NCBI GenBank assembly: GCA_963693365.1
Contig: CAVNZM010000010.1
Coordinates: forward strand, 7,007,794 to 7,071,793
Direction: 5' to 3'
Source: Amoebidium appalachense
Taxonomy: Eukaryota > Protista > Ichthyosporea
DNA: 64,000 nucleotides
In this document: positions 40,685 to 55,256 of the stretch, one piece after another
Layout: every line of letters starts with the position of its first letter
Position numbering within the stretch: position 1 is the first letter of the stretch
The notes under the pieces: model-generated
Databases searched by the model: none
Told to the model about the DNA's origin: nothing
What the model saw: only the letters and a program-made list of their open reading frames with translations
Position numbers and translations under genes: made by a program

Positions 40685-43600
40685 TGTGTATGTGTGTATG
40701 TGTGTATGCGTGTGTGTGTGTGTGTATGTTTGTGTGTGTGTGTGTGTGTCAGAGATAGAGAAAGCGAGGGAGGAGGGGGGAGGGAGAGAGCGAGAGAGAA
40801 AGAGGGAGGGAGAGAGAGAGAGAGAGAGAGAGAGTGTGTGTGTGTGTGTGTGTGCGCGCGCTTGTGTGTGTGTGTGTGTGTCAGAGATAGAGAAAGAGAG
40901 GGGGAGGGGGAGAAAGAGAGAGAGGGGGGGAGGGAGGGAGGGAGGGAGAGAGAGAGAGAGTGTGTGTGTGTGTGTGTCAGAGATAAGGAAAGAGAGGGAG
41001 AGGGAGAGAGAGAGAGAGAGGGAGAGGGGCAGGGGAAGAGGGTGGGGGGGGACGAAAGAGCAAATACAGAGAGAAAAATATCATGAAGGAGAGAGCTGGA
41101 CGAAGGGGGCAGGGGGTGGGGCATTGAGAGGGGGACAGAGGGGGAGGGGGGAGGGCGGGGGTAAAAGAGCAAACACAGAGAGAAAAAAATGATGAAGGAG
41201 AGAGCTGGACGATGGCGGCAGGGAGGGAGCTGCTGCGCGCAGCAAAGTCGCACAGCAAAGTGATGAGTTCGGAAAGACGGAAGCCCGGGTAGAAGGAAGG
41301 AATGAACGGAGGGGGGGAAGGGAGAAGAAAGATGGTGGAACCTTGAGAAGAGGCTGATGGAGATGTGGAGAGGGGAGAAGACAGATAGGGTTCGAGGGTT
41401 TCAGGAGTGAAGCAAAAGGGCTATGACCTGGTGAATAATTGGTTGGAGTGATGGAAAGACGGAGGTGCTTAAGGAGAAGCGAAGAAATTGTGTGTATGTT
41501 CGCACAAGTACAAACACGTATACACATGCTCAGAGATAGAGACATCTAATAGAAAGGGAAGGGGGGAGGGGGGGGGGGGGGGGGGTCAAAGGGCGTGTGG
41601 AGATGCAAAAAAAAGATAAAAAAGAGAGGGAGATAGGGGGGTTGATGAAAGGAACTGGGAGCAGGCTGCAACACACAGCAGAGTGAAGGGCGCCAAAACA
41701 GAAGGCTTGGAAAAAAAAAACGCTGATGATGATTTGACTTACGGGTGCACGACCGCAGAGGTTTATAAAGAGTGTTCGTCTCGTTTGGCGAAATGTCTGA
41801 CAGTTAACTATGGCTGTGTTAATCCGCCAAAAGGACCGGGCAGTGAATATTGCTCACTTTTGTATTCAATCCATATGAACCATGTGCAAGGTTTAGCTTA
41901 CGGGTGTGCATATGTAAACAAGGGTAACACGTAGCATTTGGGTGCAAGTGTACCATATGTAAGCGCTACCTTGTGCTCCTCCTCACTAAGGTATCAGTAG
42001 TGTTATAGTCCTATATAGTCGGTACTCAGTTACTATCAGTCGGGCCTACGGCACGTACGGCCGATGTCGACGTTTCTTTGGGCGGGAAAATGGCATTCTA
42101 GTGATGTCGATGCGAAATGCAATGCGAATTATTATGTCGGTACAAGCAACGCGTGATTTACTGAAGCAGGGATTTTAAAGCGGCGAACTTAACCCTACTA
42201 ACCCGAGTGGGCCATATATATGTTTTCAAGAGGTGCTGGTTGGGCGGAAAAGGCTCAAAAGTATGGAAAAAGCTGTATCCAAGTATTATGTGATGACATA
42301 GAAACGTTTTCTAACAGCTTTAGCCATGTTTATACGCCTCTTTTTATTTTTCTATAGGACCCTTTTTCTATATAACTGAGTTCCGGAAGCGTGCTTTCGG
42401 ATTTTCGAAAGCCATCATGAACAACCATGTGCGAGCGAGGGATGTGTGTGATTGGCTCAGCATGAAAGTGCGAGCTAAGAAATCGATTGGCCAAATGGCT
42501 TTGGCGTCACTGCGGCAACGTGTGATAAGCACTAGCGCACATGTACACGCCCTTTCCACTCGCATCATGCATGCCATTTTGCGAGATCACAAAAGGCGTA
42601 TGTATTGTACATGTAGGTAATACGTAAATCAGGGGCGTGCTGTATTCTGACTCTTTGTTTCGTGTTTCGTGTGTAGGGGCATGCCCCTATATCTCTGCAT
42701 TTCTAAATTCTTTTTCGTGGCCTGCAAGCTGTTGATTGGGTCGCGGGAGCAGGTCTTCCACATGTAAGATGCTGATGTAGACGTCATGCCTGTACGTACG
42801 TACGCGTATGTAGCTGGCGCGACGCTAGCGCTACGCACAACGGTAGTGTCGTGGAGCTCAATTTTATACCCTAATTTGCTTCTATAAAGAAAATGAAGTT
42901 TAGTAAAGGTGTTTGCATTATATGTGTGGATTTCGTCCGCAACCTTCAAGGTTTGCCCAATTGCACTTGGCTTGCAACGAAATCTTATAGAGGGAAAACT
43001 ATCTTGACCGACAACGATACATAAATGGCCCAGCGCTGCAAATGAGGGAACATAGTATACGTATACCTGTGTATACCTCGTACGTAAAGTACAAAACTCT
43101 CCCGTGTCATACGTAAATCCCTACGTACATGTTGCAAACGTCTACGTATACGTATATACAGTATGGATGCGCTTTGTAGGTCCGGGGCGAATCGGCCGCC
43201 CCTACCAACCGAGGCCTGGGCATGGGAACGTGTACTGAGCGAGATCAGCCTGGAGAAAGCTAGCCGTGATAGTGGACAAATCCGACAAGAGACCGCCAGT
43301 TTCACGGCACTCTAAGGCGTCTTTAGTTGCAAAATACTCTCACCTATAATAGTTACATGTGGTAATGCTATAAATATTTTTATACATTTATTTTTTTGCA
43401 TAAAATTAATGAGCAGTTGACACTATATAATGGGACAACCACGAAAAGCAGGCAACAAACAAATTGGCCGCATTCGCGTTACGTACTCTGATGACCAATG
43501 ATATTGGCGCCTTACACGAGCACACGAACTCGCCATTGCCAAACGGCTTCCTTCTCCGGTTGTCTGAAATCTCTGTGCTATATGAAAACCATGTTTTCTT

Positions 43601-44596
43601 TTTTTGGTTTTTTTTTACGGATTTACAGAAGTCCTTTGGGGTTTATAACAGTTGTTTCCGCATGACAGTAAAGTTACGTGTGCGATTGCTTCTGGATGCT
43701 CAATAGGATAGCTTCAACACTCAATAGATGGGACCTTCAAATGGACGTGAGTGCATGCATGCATTTGGCATCTTTTGTATCAGTCTTATCCGCGATGTAA
43801 AGGTGTACATTTTTGCCTCCCGTGCTCTTCAGTCACGTTATCCCAAGGCTGCGCAGCTGAAAAAAAGGTTTACTTTATTTTCACCGGTGTTCCGCCAGTT
43901 TTCGGATCATTTCGCGGACTTGACCTCGCTTGAGGTATACGCCTACAGGCGCATGTAGGCCGTCGCTCTGGTCAAAACAAGTTGGGATCCCATCGACAAA
44001 CTCACACGGCAAGCTCATCGCGATCTATCCCTGGAAAGAGCCGATAAAATCGACCAATCTGGATCGCTCGAAGTCTGGGAACATTTTTGTTCCCATCATC
44101 GATTGCGTAGGGTTAAAAGACTTGTGGAAGCAAGCCGATCGGCTAGCGGGGCTCTCATATGTGCTGCTCCGCGCGCCTGGGTATATAGACACGCTTTCAA
44201 GATGCTTTTGAGCGAGTAGGCAAAGGTGGTATTGTGCAGTAACATATAAAGAATGTTGATGTACTGCATTAAAGGTGTATAAATGTGCGTAGAAGGGAAA
44301 GTAGGGCCTTGAAGGCGAGATTAGAAGTGGGACGGCACATGTGTGCGGGCTAGGGGCGGTTCTCCCTAAAACTCTAGGGTGATTCTACCGAGAGTGTGCC
44401 AAATCGATTTATAAACGGATCTAGAAAAGAGGCAAGCAAAGTAGTAACGTCAACGCTGGTATGAAAAGTATTATCTTATGCAGGGCACTGCCGTGCCGTG
44501 ACCCGATGACTACATTTGATCCCGATACATACATCATCGGTATCGCGACATACAGCGCTTCGAAAATTCGCATAATATATTTGTACATGTGGATTC

Positions 44597-45300
44597 AAGG
44601 GTTTATGCACTTTGTATTGCTGCGGACATCGTCAGGGGCCCAGCCTCACTTGACGGCGCTAGTGACATATGTACACGATGCAATAAAACAACCCTAGTAT
44701 AGATTATGGATAAGCAGAAGCTAGCATTAATATTGGTAGCTCCGAGAGAAAGATACGACACCGTATTACAATATCATACTGTACAGCATTAATAAGGTGA
44801 TCTAACACGGTCTTTTTATAACGGATATACTGGGGGAGAGAAGTAGAAAAGAGAATAAAGCCGTCCATAACCTCCGGTTCTATAGCTACCGCATTAGCTA
44901 ACAGGTCACACTTATTGATGATAGATATGCATCCGCGAGTAAACCGTCCGCACACATATTACACATACGAGCAGGAGACACCACTGAAACCCGATTACAA
45001 CGCCATGACATAATCATCTTTGCATATTTATACGACACAACATCATGAATAAACGAATCTATATAGGAGCGAGATTGTCTCGGGTATCCGCCATATAGTA
45101 GTTGGTGTTTTTGCTGACCTAACACTGGGAGGGACTCGACACGTAAAGTAGAAAAGGTATCTATCAGCCATAGACTTAAAACTATTCTTAGTCACACTAT
45201 GGTCCAGCCGTGCCTCCGGTGGAGTTGCCAGCCACCCCGCATATCGCTCGACAATGGGCAGAGAGGATGTGGAAGGGAAGAGGTAGAGGGGCGATTCCGT
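44597..45300 (-). mobile_element. 3' fragment of the same LINE family as 17566-18938
   Basis: SPARMCNMC, RFTRGCI, VLDHLINAVQYDIVIRC...LASAYP, and a homologous 3' UTR ending TAAACCC. Confidence 0.9.
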
Positions 45301-46581
45301 GTATATGTTTACCGGAGTCTCGAGATCCCAATAACAAATTCATAAGCCTACAACAACCCTTTCACATCTGAGTTTTTTTTTAAAGTGTATTTTATTTAGG
45401 TACATAAAATCCCCTCCACCTGTAAGCCATCACTGCATAAAATAAATTGTATAGCTGCAAATTTGGCAGCAGCAACAGGCGTACTGCCAGTACACTGTTC
45501 AGTTGCCGGCGCGGCGGTTTGGGGAGTCTGAAGGGGACAATCCCTAGAACCAATCAAAATTGTTCACGCTTGTTTACAACTTTACACGTCTCTTTACACG
45601 ATGCCAGGAGGGCCATCTCCCAACACTCATAGGCCAAAATGTTTCTATTTAGATGGCAAAGTTTCAAAAGTTTCAAACGCCACTGACACTGGCAAAGACG
45701 TTTTTGCTTGTTACTGATAGCTAAGTGGCTAAAGTGGTAAATTTCACACATTAGGATAAATTACCTTAAATGTGATTAGTTGACTGTCAATATGTTAAGT
45801 AATTCTTACTGTGCCACTGTGCACTGGCAGCACTGCCACATTACCGTGAGTGCACTGTATTCTTGAGATCAAATTTGCAAATTCACCCCCACAGGAAGCC
45901 TTAGAGCCGGGGAGAACTTTACTCTGACGTACGTCTCCGCGCCGCTGAGACGCGCGTGGCGAGTGCACGTGACGTGAGTTGGCGAGTGATCATACTACAT
46001 GTTTTGTAACAAATACAACTTACCAGAATGAAACCAGTTGTTCTTTGTTCTATGAGAGCTTCGAGCTGCATCAGAGTCGCATTATGCACGCGCGCTCCGT
46101 GCATGAAGCACGCACTATTTCTGAGCCGACGCGCTCAAGTTTCACTTCAAAGGCTGATCGAGCTCGCCACGACATCGTGCCGAGCTCGCGCTAAATGGCG
46201 ATGAGTCATGCATTAGCCGGACCGTCCACGGTGACTCACACATTAGTCATAAATACGATACGTGATCATACACATGCATAGTCACAATAATAATTAAAAA
46301 AAAAAACCAAACAATTGTATAAGTACAATATTAGTGTATGCTAAGTGCTAACCCTATCTATAGCATTGTAGCGCTTCCTGGGGGCCAATACGTGACGTTA
46401 AACGTTGTAACATAAACCCTCACCAACCATCCCTCCTCTTGGTACAACAGTATGAAACGTCTTTTGCATAGTAATATTACGCATCACCGCCTCTGACACC
46501 AAGTCTCACTGCCGCAGTCCGCTGAAGTCCTATAGGTATAATATTAGCGTGCAAGCCGCAGGCAAATTACCCTCTACTTAA

Positions 46582-46879
46582 GGCGAGGTATGGAATGTGA
46601 TTTGGCGGCGGGGTCCAAAATGATTGCGCCCCGCAAGATCCGAATGCTGTGATCTGGCGAGCTATCGACGCGTTAATTTTTTTTTTGGGCCATTTAGTAA
46701 AATTTTCATTTCGCGGAAAACCGATGCCCGGCCTTTTCCGGAATAGCGCCAGCGATTTCCGCTGAAAATATCAAAATCGCCCAATTTACGCTTTAATAGC
46801 GAGCCAGATTGCAGCATTCAGATCTTGCGGGGCGCAATAAATTTGGACCCCGCCGCCAAATCACATACCGTATCTTGCC
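46582..46879. mobile_element. MITE (298 bp) with ~100-bp TIRs and a TTAA duplication, Kolobok-like
   Basis: GGCGAGGTATGGAATGTGATTTGGCGGCGGGGTCCAAA... is inverted at the right end; TTAA at 46578-46581 and 46880-46883; GG...CC termini. Confidence 0.85.
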
Positions 46880-47311
46880 TTAAGCTTGGGCGGTCTCAGC
46901 CTTGTGCCGGGAAAAAAAGTTGGATTCCCTATGTCCGTGATCATGAACTCAGTAGCAATGGAATACAGGGTACCGGTGGGCAGGGATATCTACAGTACTG
47001 TAGTCAAGTCAACTCTTCAGAACCTGGAAAAAACCGGATACAGTAAACACCCACACACACGTACACACACACGCCTGAAGCTGCAGTGCATAGTGTTGCA
47101 ACACGCTCACTACAAATCGAAAGCACTGTGGTCACGATTTTGAGTTACCGTAGTCGAACTACCGGCTCTGTCAGTGATATACCTTCACACACCACATAAC
47201 CATATTAGCAGAATCAAGAAACACCGACCATTTCGCCAGCTTCTCCTCTCAGCGGCCTTGCACCACTAAGAAAATCACCATGTGAACCACTCTTACACAC
47301 AGCGCAACATA

Positions 47312-49813
47312 ATGCCTATACGAACAAACACGCAGCAAGGCACTGGCCGCACTAAACCACCCAAAGACCGTGGGCGGTACACCCTGTGTCTTGGCGAGAG
47401 TCAATACTATGACAACGATGCAATCCAGGGCGTTTTCACGTGTCACATGAAAGAACGATTAACATGTCGTCGGCTCATTGCTCGGTGTACTGGTGTATGC
47501 AGGTAAGCACTTTGTTGCTAAACCATTCCTTGCTGCTCTTAGAGATCACCCGTGTTATGATGTCTTCTTTCGCTTTATAGATGAATTCCTGAGATTCGCT
47601 ATGTTACTGATGATCCACAAAAAGAACACACGGAAGTTCACTCACGTGTGATGTGACTGCCTGGGTCCCATGGATGCATTAGCATTGTCCTTACTAAGTG
47701 CTCGTTGTAAACTAAAGCTCCACCAGTGAGCCTTACCACACACTATTCAAAGTGCATAGTTATAATTGGTGTGCAACACAAGATACAACACAATGCTTCT
47801 ATAGAAGTAACCCTTGATCAGATTTTCAAGTTATAAGTGGTGTACTTCATCTGAAGCCCATCGATGATTACCGAACGCAGCTAATCGTCTTCTTTTTCTT
47901 GTTCCAGTGTGATGATGGAGGGCCTTCTCGTGCAGCGGTCTACCATCTATATGGCTGAGCAAACCCTCTGCACGAACATGACCTTATTTCCACGCACACA
48001 GATCGAATCATCTTTCTATTCACATTCACCCGTCACATCACCCACCGATAATCATAGTCAGGATGGCCGCTATGTGTTTGATATTTTTCTTCCCCTCGAA
48101 GGCTGCTTGCCCGACTCGCTCAAGCTGAGCACCCCTGAGTTTGTATCGGTGAGCATGGCGGTGTCATACCAGGTGCAGGTTTTTTGTGAGAAGCCGGCAT
48201 ACAGTGACGACGGGAAGGAGATATTGTTGCTGAGTCGTCTGGCTGTAGCCCGTGTCTTAAAGGTACGCATTAGTGCTTTCAATGTTGCTCAACAAGAGAT
48301 AGGGCAATATTATTACTAGAAAAGTGGGTTTTTGCTGTTTTACTACGAGGAAAAAAAAAGAAAGTAATAGCTTTGTGCTCATTTTAAGAATATTTTCTGT
48401 CACTGCGTGCACATCTTTAACATTCCAAGGCAACATTGCGATGTGCTAGGTCACGACATGTTCACCCCCGAGCCATATAGCTGGCAGCCCGATAACACTC
48501 CAATAATCCACACAGGGCACTGAGTATACACCAGACCCAGGCCTCCAACCACGGTCGTACGGTCACACAACGCCGCTGACACTTGTCCCACGCTGCTTGC
48601 GCCAAAACGACGTCGAGGACAGAAAAGTGCACATATACGCACAGCTCGGAAATAACGTATACAGCACGGCCCAAAACATAGATGTGATGGTGTGTGTGCG
48701 TGACCCAACGGGCGCAGTGAAGCAGGTTACCGCAGCGTTGAGGCAGACTTTCAACAACTTTCCTACGCAAGGGTCAAAGCCACTAGCACATCTCACGTCA
48801 AGTGTAGGTGTGCCAATACGAAGAGAGGACGATGGAAACTGGCGGATGTTTTCTCTTCATCTCGAACCTTCCCCACCGTCGTGCGACTGCCACGAACAAC
48901 ACACAACCACTTCACGGTGTGTGGGTATTGCACATGTGCCTGCAACAAGTACCTCCGAGGCAATTCTCGTGCCAACTACACACATACCGTTCAATTTAAA
49001 TGGATTGCGGCCTGGTTTGTTACAACCCAACACCCTCGGTCGGATAAGTGAGAATGTAACAACGCGTGTTAATGGTATTGCGAGAAACAGTGATAGCAAT
49101 ATGGGTGACCATTATGACGTAGGGGACCCGGTAGAGCCTGAGGGCTCTCATGGTGGGCAGAGCCACCAGCCGCAAAGGCCTGGGTTTAGGCGTGAAAATA
49201 CCGGAGGGATGAGGGTGAACTATATCGTCGAGGTGATTGTGTATGTAACCAGAGGCAGACGGGTACACCTACACCTTCCCGTCACGCTATCTAGCCCATT
49301 TTCCACACACCACATACCCGCGGATGGTGCGGGCATAGACAGCCTCTCCACATCGCAACGACAAGTGGTAGGGGGCCTGGGTGGAAAGCCCCACACGTCA
49401 CGGCACAGCCCTATACCATCATCTACAAACACCGTCAGATTACACGCGGTTCCTGCCCCCTCATGGCCCGACATGCTCCCAACATATGATGTGGCAATGG
49501 GTCGCGGTCGGAGCACCGCGTCGCGTGCACGGCAGCACACGGTGGTGCCAGACCCTTCTAGCATCATCGAGTACACTGAGGTCGCCCAATCAGAAAGCAG
49601 AACGGAGCAAGGTTCTGCACAGGAAGTCACGCTGGGTGCGAGGGTTATGAGGGTGATGGGGAGAGTTGGAAACGCTCTGCGTGCATGGAGATCAGGCCAC
49701 GGCACTTCCAAAGAGGGCAGTCGGCCCATCCCTGTTTTTGGCCGCAGTGGTACGGTGTGGCACCAGCCAAATAGAATTCAGCCGCGAAGTGTTGTGGCTA
49801 CATCGGTAACATA

Positions 49814-49814
<1 letters not shown>
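47312..49814 (+). CDS. Arrestin-family protein (3 exons: 47312-47502, 47908-48262, 48516-49814)
   Basis: Phase-consistent GT-AG introns. Arrestin N-domain features (YVFDIFLPLEGCLPDS, VSYQVQVF) and C-domain features (EYTPDPGLQP, VHIYAQLGNNVY, VKQVTAALRQ, VNYIVEV, LHLPVTL); LPTY motif in a disordered tail. Confidence 0.8.
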
Positions 49815-49846
<32 letters not shown>

Positions 49847-50799
49847 GGGGGTTTCTTTAACAAAGGTACCGTAACTTAGTAATGTTCCAACATGTCCTGT
49901 TGTGTTGAAAGTTGTTATTTGAACTTTGCTGATATATGAATGCATGTAGGTGACGTAAGCGGATCGCAATTAAGTGGATGAACCACTGATGATCTAATGT
50001 AAGATGATGTGTGGCGAAGTTCTCTTTATTGAGGATTGATGATGCACATGAAAACAGCTGTTGAGATATGATACATAATTGTAAGTATGTATACGTATGG
50101 ACATATGTATGATATTTTTAACAACTGAGTAGTGCCATACGGATACGATCAACTTCCGTTCGGATAGTTTTTCAAGTAACATAATCAGATAAATTTGTCA
50201 AAGCAGATATGCCTTTTACACATGGGATATCTGGAAAACGGACCTAGATATTAGGGGTTTTCTTTATCCTGGTGCCCTCTCACGTTTTCAGTGTGTGCCT
50301 GTGGGTTTTGAAAGTGTCGGAACAATGTGTTCAAGGTAACGTTTTCGTGTAAGTCAACTCCACCTCGTTTGGAATTCAGCGCTAATATAGTACTAATTAC
50401 GTTGAAAGTATTAGGGCTTGGGGTTTTATTTCTTGTGCCCTGCGAGATGCCGGTAAACCCAACCGGTGAGATAGTCTACGTTGTGAATTCAAGAGGGCAA
50501 AAAAAAACCCGGCCACGGGTGGTCTCTCGCAAAAAAAAATTCCACCTCGCACAAGTCTACTAAGGTTTACAACTATTTTTTTATTTTTTTTCGTTGATGA
50601 TAAACTCAAATATTGGGCCTGATTTGGACCCACCACCTTCAGCCCGGAGGACGGGTGGGTCCCAGTGGCCCCTGGCCAAAAATGAGCTGAGGAAGGATGG
50701 GAGGGAACTGAGGAGGGAGGGAGAGGGATGGGGGAGGTGAGGGGGAGGGCCCCCCCTTCCCCTTTCCGGCCCCCGGCGGGCCCAGAGAAGCGGGGGGAA

Positions 50800-50861
<62 letters not shown>

Positions 50862-52313
50862 TGAGCCTCCAATGATCCATGTTCCTCGCCCGGGGCGGGT
50901 TGGTACAATGGTAAGATCTCTGCGTGTTAAGCGTGTCAAGCTCCGAGTCGCAGGATCGATCCTGCCACTTCCGATTTTTGTCTGCTCGACGGTCCACCAG
51001 TCTGGCCGCCCCAGACCACGTCAAGCAGCACCACCAATTTGTTATCATCCGGCCGCAAGACATGACGTCATGAACACCACCATCCCTCTGACGTCGACGG
51101 CGCGCCGCTTGGGCATCCGGATCCCGGCCCAACGTTCAAGTGGGAGACCAATCCGAGTCACCGGCCACGGTTCGGGTCAGCGTCCTGGGCATGGGGTTTT
51201 CTTTTTCAAGTCTTTATTTTTGTGTATGTGTCCCGGGTCGCTCCCGGCTGGTGTTGTTAAAGTGAGCTGTGCTCACTTCCCCACTAGCGTTGCTGCGGCT
51301 AGAACTGTGGGATAAATAGTGCCAGTTGGGGTCAATTAGAATCCTGACTTATGAGTGTGCTATACAGTACGATCTGTGTAGGCGGAAGACGGTAAGCTCC
51401 CCTGAGGCAGTGCCTCGCTGGGAGTGAAACGGGATAAATAAATAAAAATTAAAAAAAATGTTCCTCGCCCCCAACCGTTCTCCGAATGCCCCCCTACAGC
51501 GTGCGAGCTGCGCTGTCTCCAGTAACTGGCAGCTGTCTCTCCACAGCACGTACGTACACACCGACACACTTCCACCCCGTATTTCACACAAGCCTACATA
51601 ATATACGCACACATGTGTGTTGCACACACACGTATGAGGTGCACAAAACTGGGGGTGGGCAGGTCCTGCACATGTACAACGTCATGCTGATACACTCGCC
51701 GTTTATTAAACGGCGAATTTATGGGACATATGTGTGACCTGGCCACATACATGTACGGTGGGTGAAGTGCCTGTGTACGCACGGTGACGCGCTCACACGA
51801 ATTCGAATAAAGAGCCGGATACTGTCAAGAGAGACAGTCACACACACACGTGCACGTGCACACATGCTGTGGTGTACACACCGGGGTGCACACACAATCA
51901 CGCAGGTCAACACACACACACCGTGCATGTGACAGTCCGTCATCGGACACACTCACTGATTAAAACACACGGGCACCTGCACATGCACGCACAACTTGAC
52001 ACACTCCTTAATCTGAGACTCTCCCTTCTCCCTTCTCTGAGTCTCAATCCCCATATTCCCCCCGGGCCCCTCAACAAGCCGGCTAGTCTTTCTCTTTATC
52101 TCCCCCCCTCCCCCCCCCCCCCCCCCCTCCCCCCCCTCCTAGCCCTCTAGTGCACACGCGCGCATGCACAAATCCGATAACAACACGCCGTACACGCATG
52201 CACATGCACACACACACACTGTCCAGAAAACACATACAAGTGTGTGCGTGGGCAAAATAATTGAGAGGGCCCACACAGGCAGGGGGTAGCTGGGCACACT
52301 CACGTTTCCACAC

Positions 52314-52357
<44 letters not shown>

Positions 52358-52363
52358 ACACAC

Positions 52364-52476
52364 TGTTGGAATACGTCACCACGTATGACAGCAAGAGCCT
52401 TGAAGTATGTATGTGTCTTAGCTTTGTTTGTATTCGTGTCTGCTTTCCTCCTTTGTGCTCTCTCCCTTTTCTCTTT

Positions 52477-52528
<52 letters not shown>

Positions 52529-52780
52529 CCCCCCCCCCCCCCCGTATCTCTCTCTCTCTCCCTTGTTTCTGTGTGCACAGATATCTGTAGATCTGTGCAC
52601 ACCTGGCTCTCTTGCCTGATAAGAACTTACTGTATTTTATTTCTGTTTGCTCTCCTCTGTTTATCTGAGAGGTAGCGTGATTGGCTAGCTACATTCGTTG
52701 TCTTTGTTTTATTTCAAAGTGGCTTAGTTTTAGTTCTCAATAGGATGGCTCGCCAATAGTCGCGAGCGAGTACATCTGTT
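52364..52780 (+). mobile_element. Second, truncated copy of LTR-like family 2
   Basis: Highly similar to 22063-22445 and starts TGTTGGAAT. Confidence 0.7.
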
Positions 52781-53576
52781 GTATATGTTGTGCATTCCTG
52801 TCTATTAATATACGTGTTGTGATTGGACACAATAGAGATGTATGGAATTCGGTTTAATGTAATGTGTCTTCACTTTGAGAGTGTCGACTATTAGGAAATA
52901 TATGTATTTAAATGAGTTTCTTTATAGAGACCAATATAAATATATATGTGTATTAATAGTGACTAGATGTATAATTACTTAATTTATTTAAGTAAGAGTT
53001 TATAAGCTTTAGTTAAGTCGGAAGTTGGAATGCGTATGCTCTGTCGGAATGTGTTTTTATATCTTCTGATAGAACCGATTGGTTCTCCCCCTTTAGTTGT
53101 GATAGGATGATAAGTCGCAAGTACAAAAAGAACCGAGAGCACAATAAAGGATCAGTTGTTGTTTGAAAGCTTTCAATGTCTCGTGAACAACTCCGATTGC
53201 CCTCTCTTTATTGTGTTAGTCGTGTTTTACATGACACCTCTGTGCACTCTGCTCCCTAAGACCCGTACAAAAATAACACACACACACACACCACAACGTG
53301 AGCACCGACACTGCGGCCACCGTACACGCGCGTGGCACACCCGCATCGCATGCATGCGTGCAAAAACACACACTGTGACAACAGGTGTGAGTGCATACTA
53401 TCCGGATTGCCCGCACACATACATAAGCATCATTAATATTCTGAATCGGGCATTTTGGTGCATTCGTCCGTTTGCAGCTATTGTATCAGTGTTCACACAC
53501 ACATGGCAGAGGACTTCGGGGCGCAGGGGCAAGCACACACACACGAGCACACGCTGGAACACCACAAACACTTACA

Positions 53577-53805
53577 GAGGCCGTCCGCCCTTAAGATTGT
53601 CCACCAACAAGATTCCGTCGACACCAATTTTGCCAAAATTTTAAGATTGTGCCAACGGGTCTATTTTAGGGACAATCTAATCGCTTATATGGGCAGAGGA
53701 GTTATGGGGGGCATATTTTCGAGCTGTATGACACCGTGATGGTTCCCCCAAAATGGCCTTTTCAGCATTTTGTTTAGGCTTCACATTACCTTTGCAATTT
53801 TTGCG

Positions 53806-53839
<34 letters not shown>

Positions 53840-54414
53840 TTCTCCCTCCTCCTCCTCAGAGGCCCCGTCCATCAATTCTAACTAACCCCCACAAACCGTG
53901 ACTCACGCGCAATCGTGCGCGTGCGCAAACACACATACACACACCACATACACACTACACGCACGTGCACACACACACACACACACACAAACATACGCAC
54001 ACACACACACACGTGTCACACGCACACACACACACACACATACACACTTGTGATGCAGGCACGCACATACACAGCTTCATTCTGGTAGCCCCCCCCCCCC
54101 CCCCCCCCCCCCTTATTATTGCGGTTACAGCCCCCCCCCCCCCCCCCCTCCTTATTACGGCTACCGTCCCCCCTCCCCCGCCCTCCACCACCGGTACCAT
54201 CAAGCGGATTCGTTACATCCCCTTCAAGTTGCAATGAATAGCTAACTAAGCCCCTCCTCCCCCTGTACCCCCCTCCCCCCCCCTCCCCCCCCCCCCCCCC
54301 CCCCCCCAACCACCACCAAGATTATGGACACGACCAAAATTTGACCCTCTAATTGAAAATAAGATTGTGTCCCCACCCCCCTAAAAGCGTAGGATCTTAA
54401 GGGCGGACGGCCTC
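53577..54414. mobile_element. Non-autonomous TIR element (838 bp)
   Basis: Perfect 21-bp inverted termini GAGGCCGTCCGCCCTTAAGAT and subterminal AAGATT(G/A)T repeats. Target duplication unclear. Confidence 0.7.
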
Positions 54415-54789
54415 ATATACATCCCCCCAATACATATACACGCACAGCGCGCGCACACACGAAGACAGCATGGTGATGATGATAAAGAATCGCCCCCTGT
54501 AATTCATAATTTCAAAACGCGGATTGTGCCGAATACGAAGTTGGTAGGTGGCGGGCCGGAGAGAGAGATGTTTGGCCATCGCGAGCGAGAGGAGGGGCCC
54601 CACGGGGGGAAGGGGGGGGGGGGGGGGGGGGGGGGAGAGGGGGGGGGGGAGCTTGCTCCCAACCACACCTGCATTTAGAGGAAGGTGTTGCCGGGAGGGG
54701 GAGGGAGGGGGATGGAAAACCACTAGGAGCGGGGGGGGGGGGGGGGGGGGGGGTGGTTAAATCAACAACGGAGACCCTGATGTTTGCTA

Positions 54790-54823
<34 letters not shown>

Positions 54824-55208
54824 CTCCCCCCCCGCTAGCCTAGTGTGGGTGATCTAAATGCTCTTACGTGCTTCTATGCCGGCATTCATTTGTGTTATCA
54901 CGATGCATAATCATGTGTGCGGTCACCACGGCTGCAAGCAACACCCACCACCATTCAGGACTGGGTCGGCAGGGGACTCTTCCCCAGGGACATCACCGTC
55001 CCACCCGTACTGGACCACCACCCCCGGGCCGAGGCACCCTATTGGCTAATCTGTCTGTAGGTATATCCGAGTTTTTGTTTCAGTATATATGGAAACCTAG
55101 ATATAGGGCATTACAACATGTACACCCAGGCCACAAGACAAAACACACACAAAAACCACAAACCTAGAGCCACCACCCGTAGGAAGAAACGAGTCATAAC
55201 ACCTAACA

Positions 55209-55256
<48 letters not shown>

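Noticed and set aside
45450-45885. Possible MITE (CAAATTTG and CTGCCAGT inverted words)
   Set aside because: Inverted matches are short and no target duplication was found.
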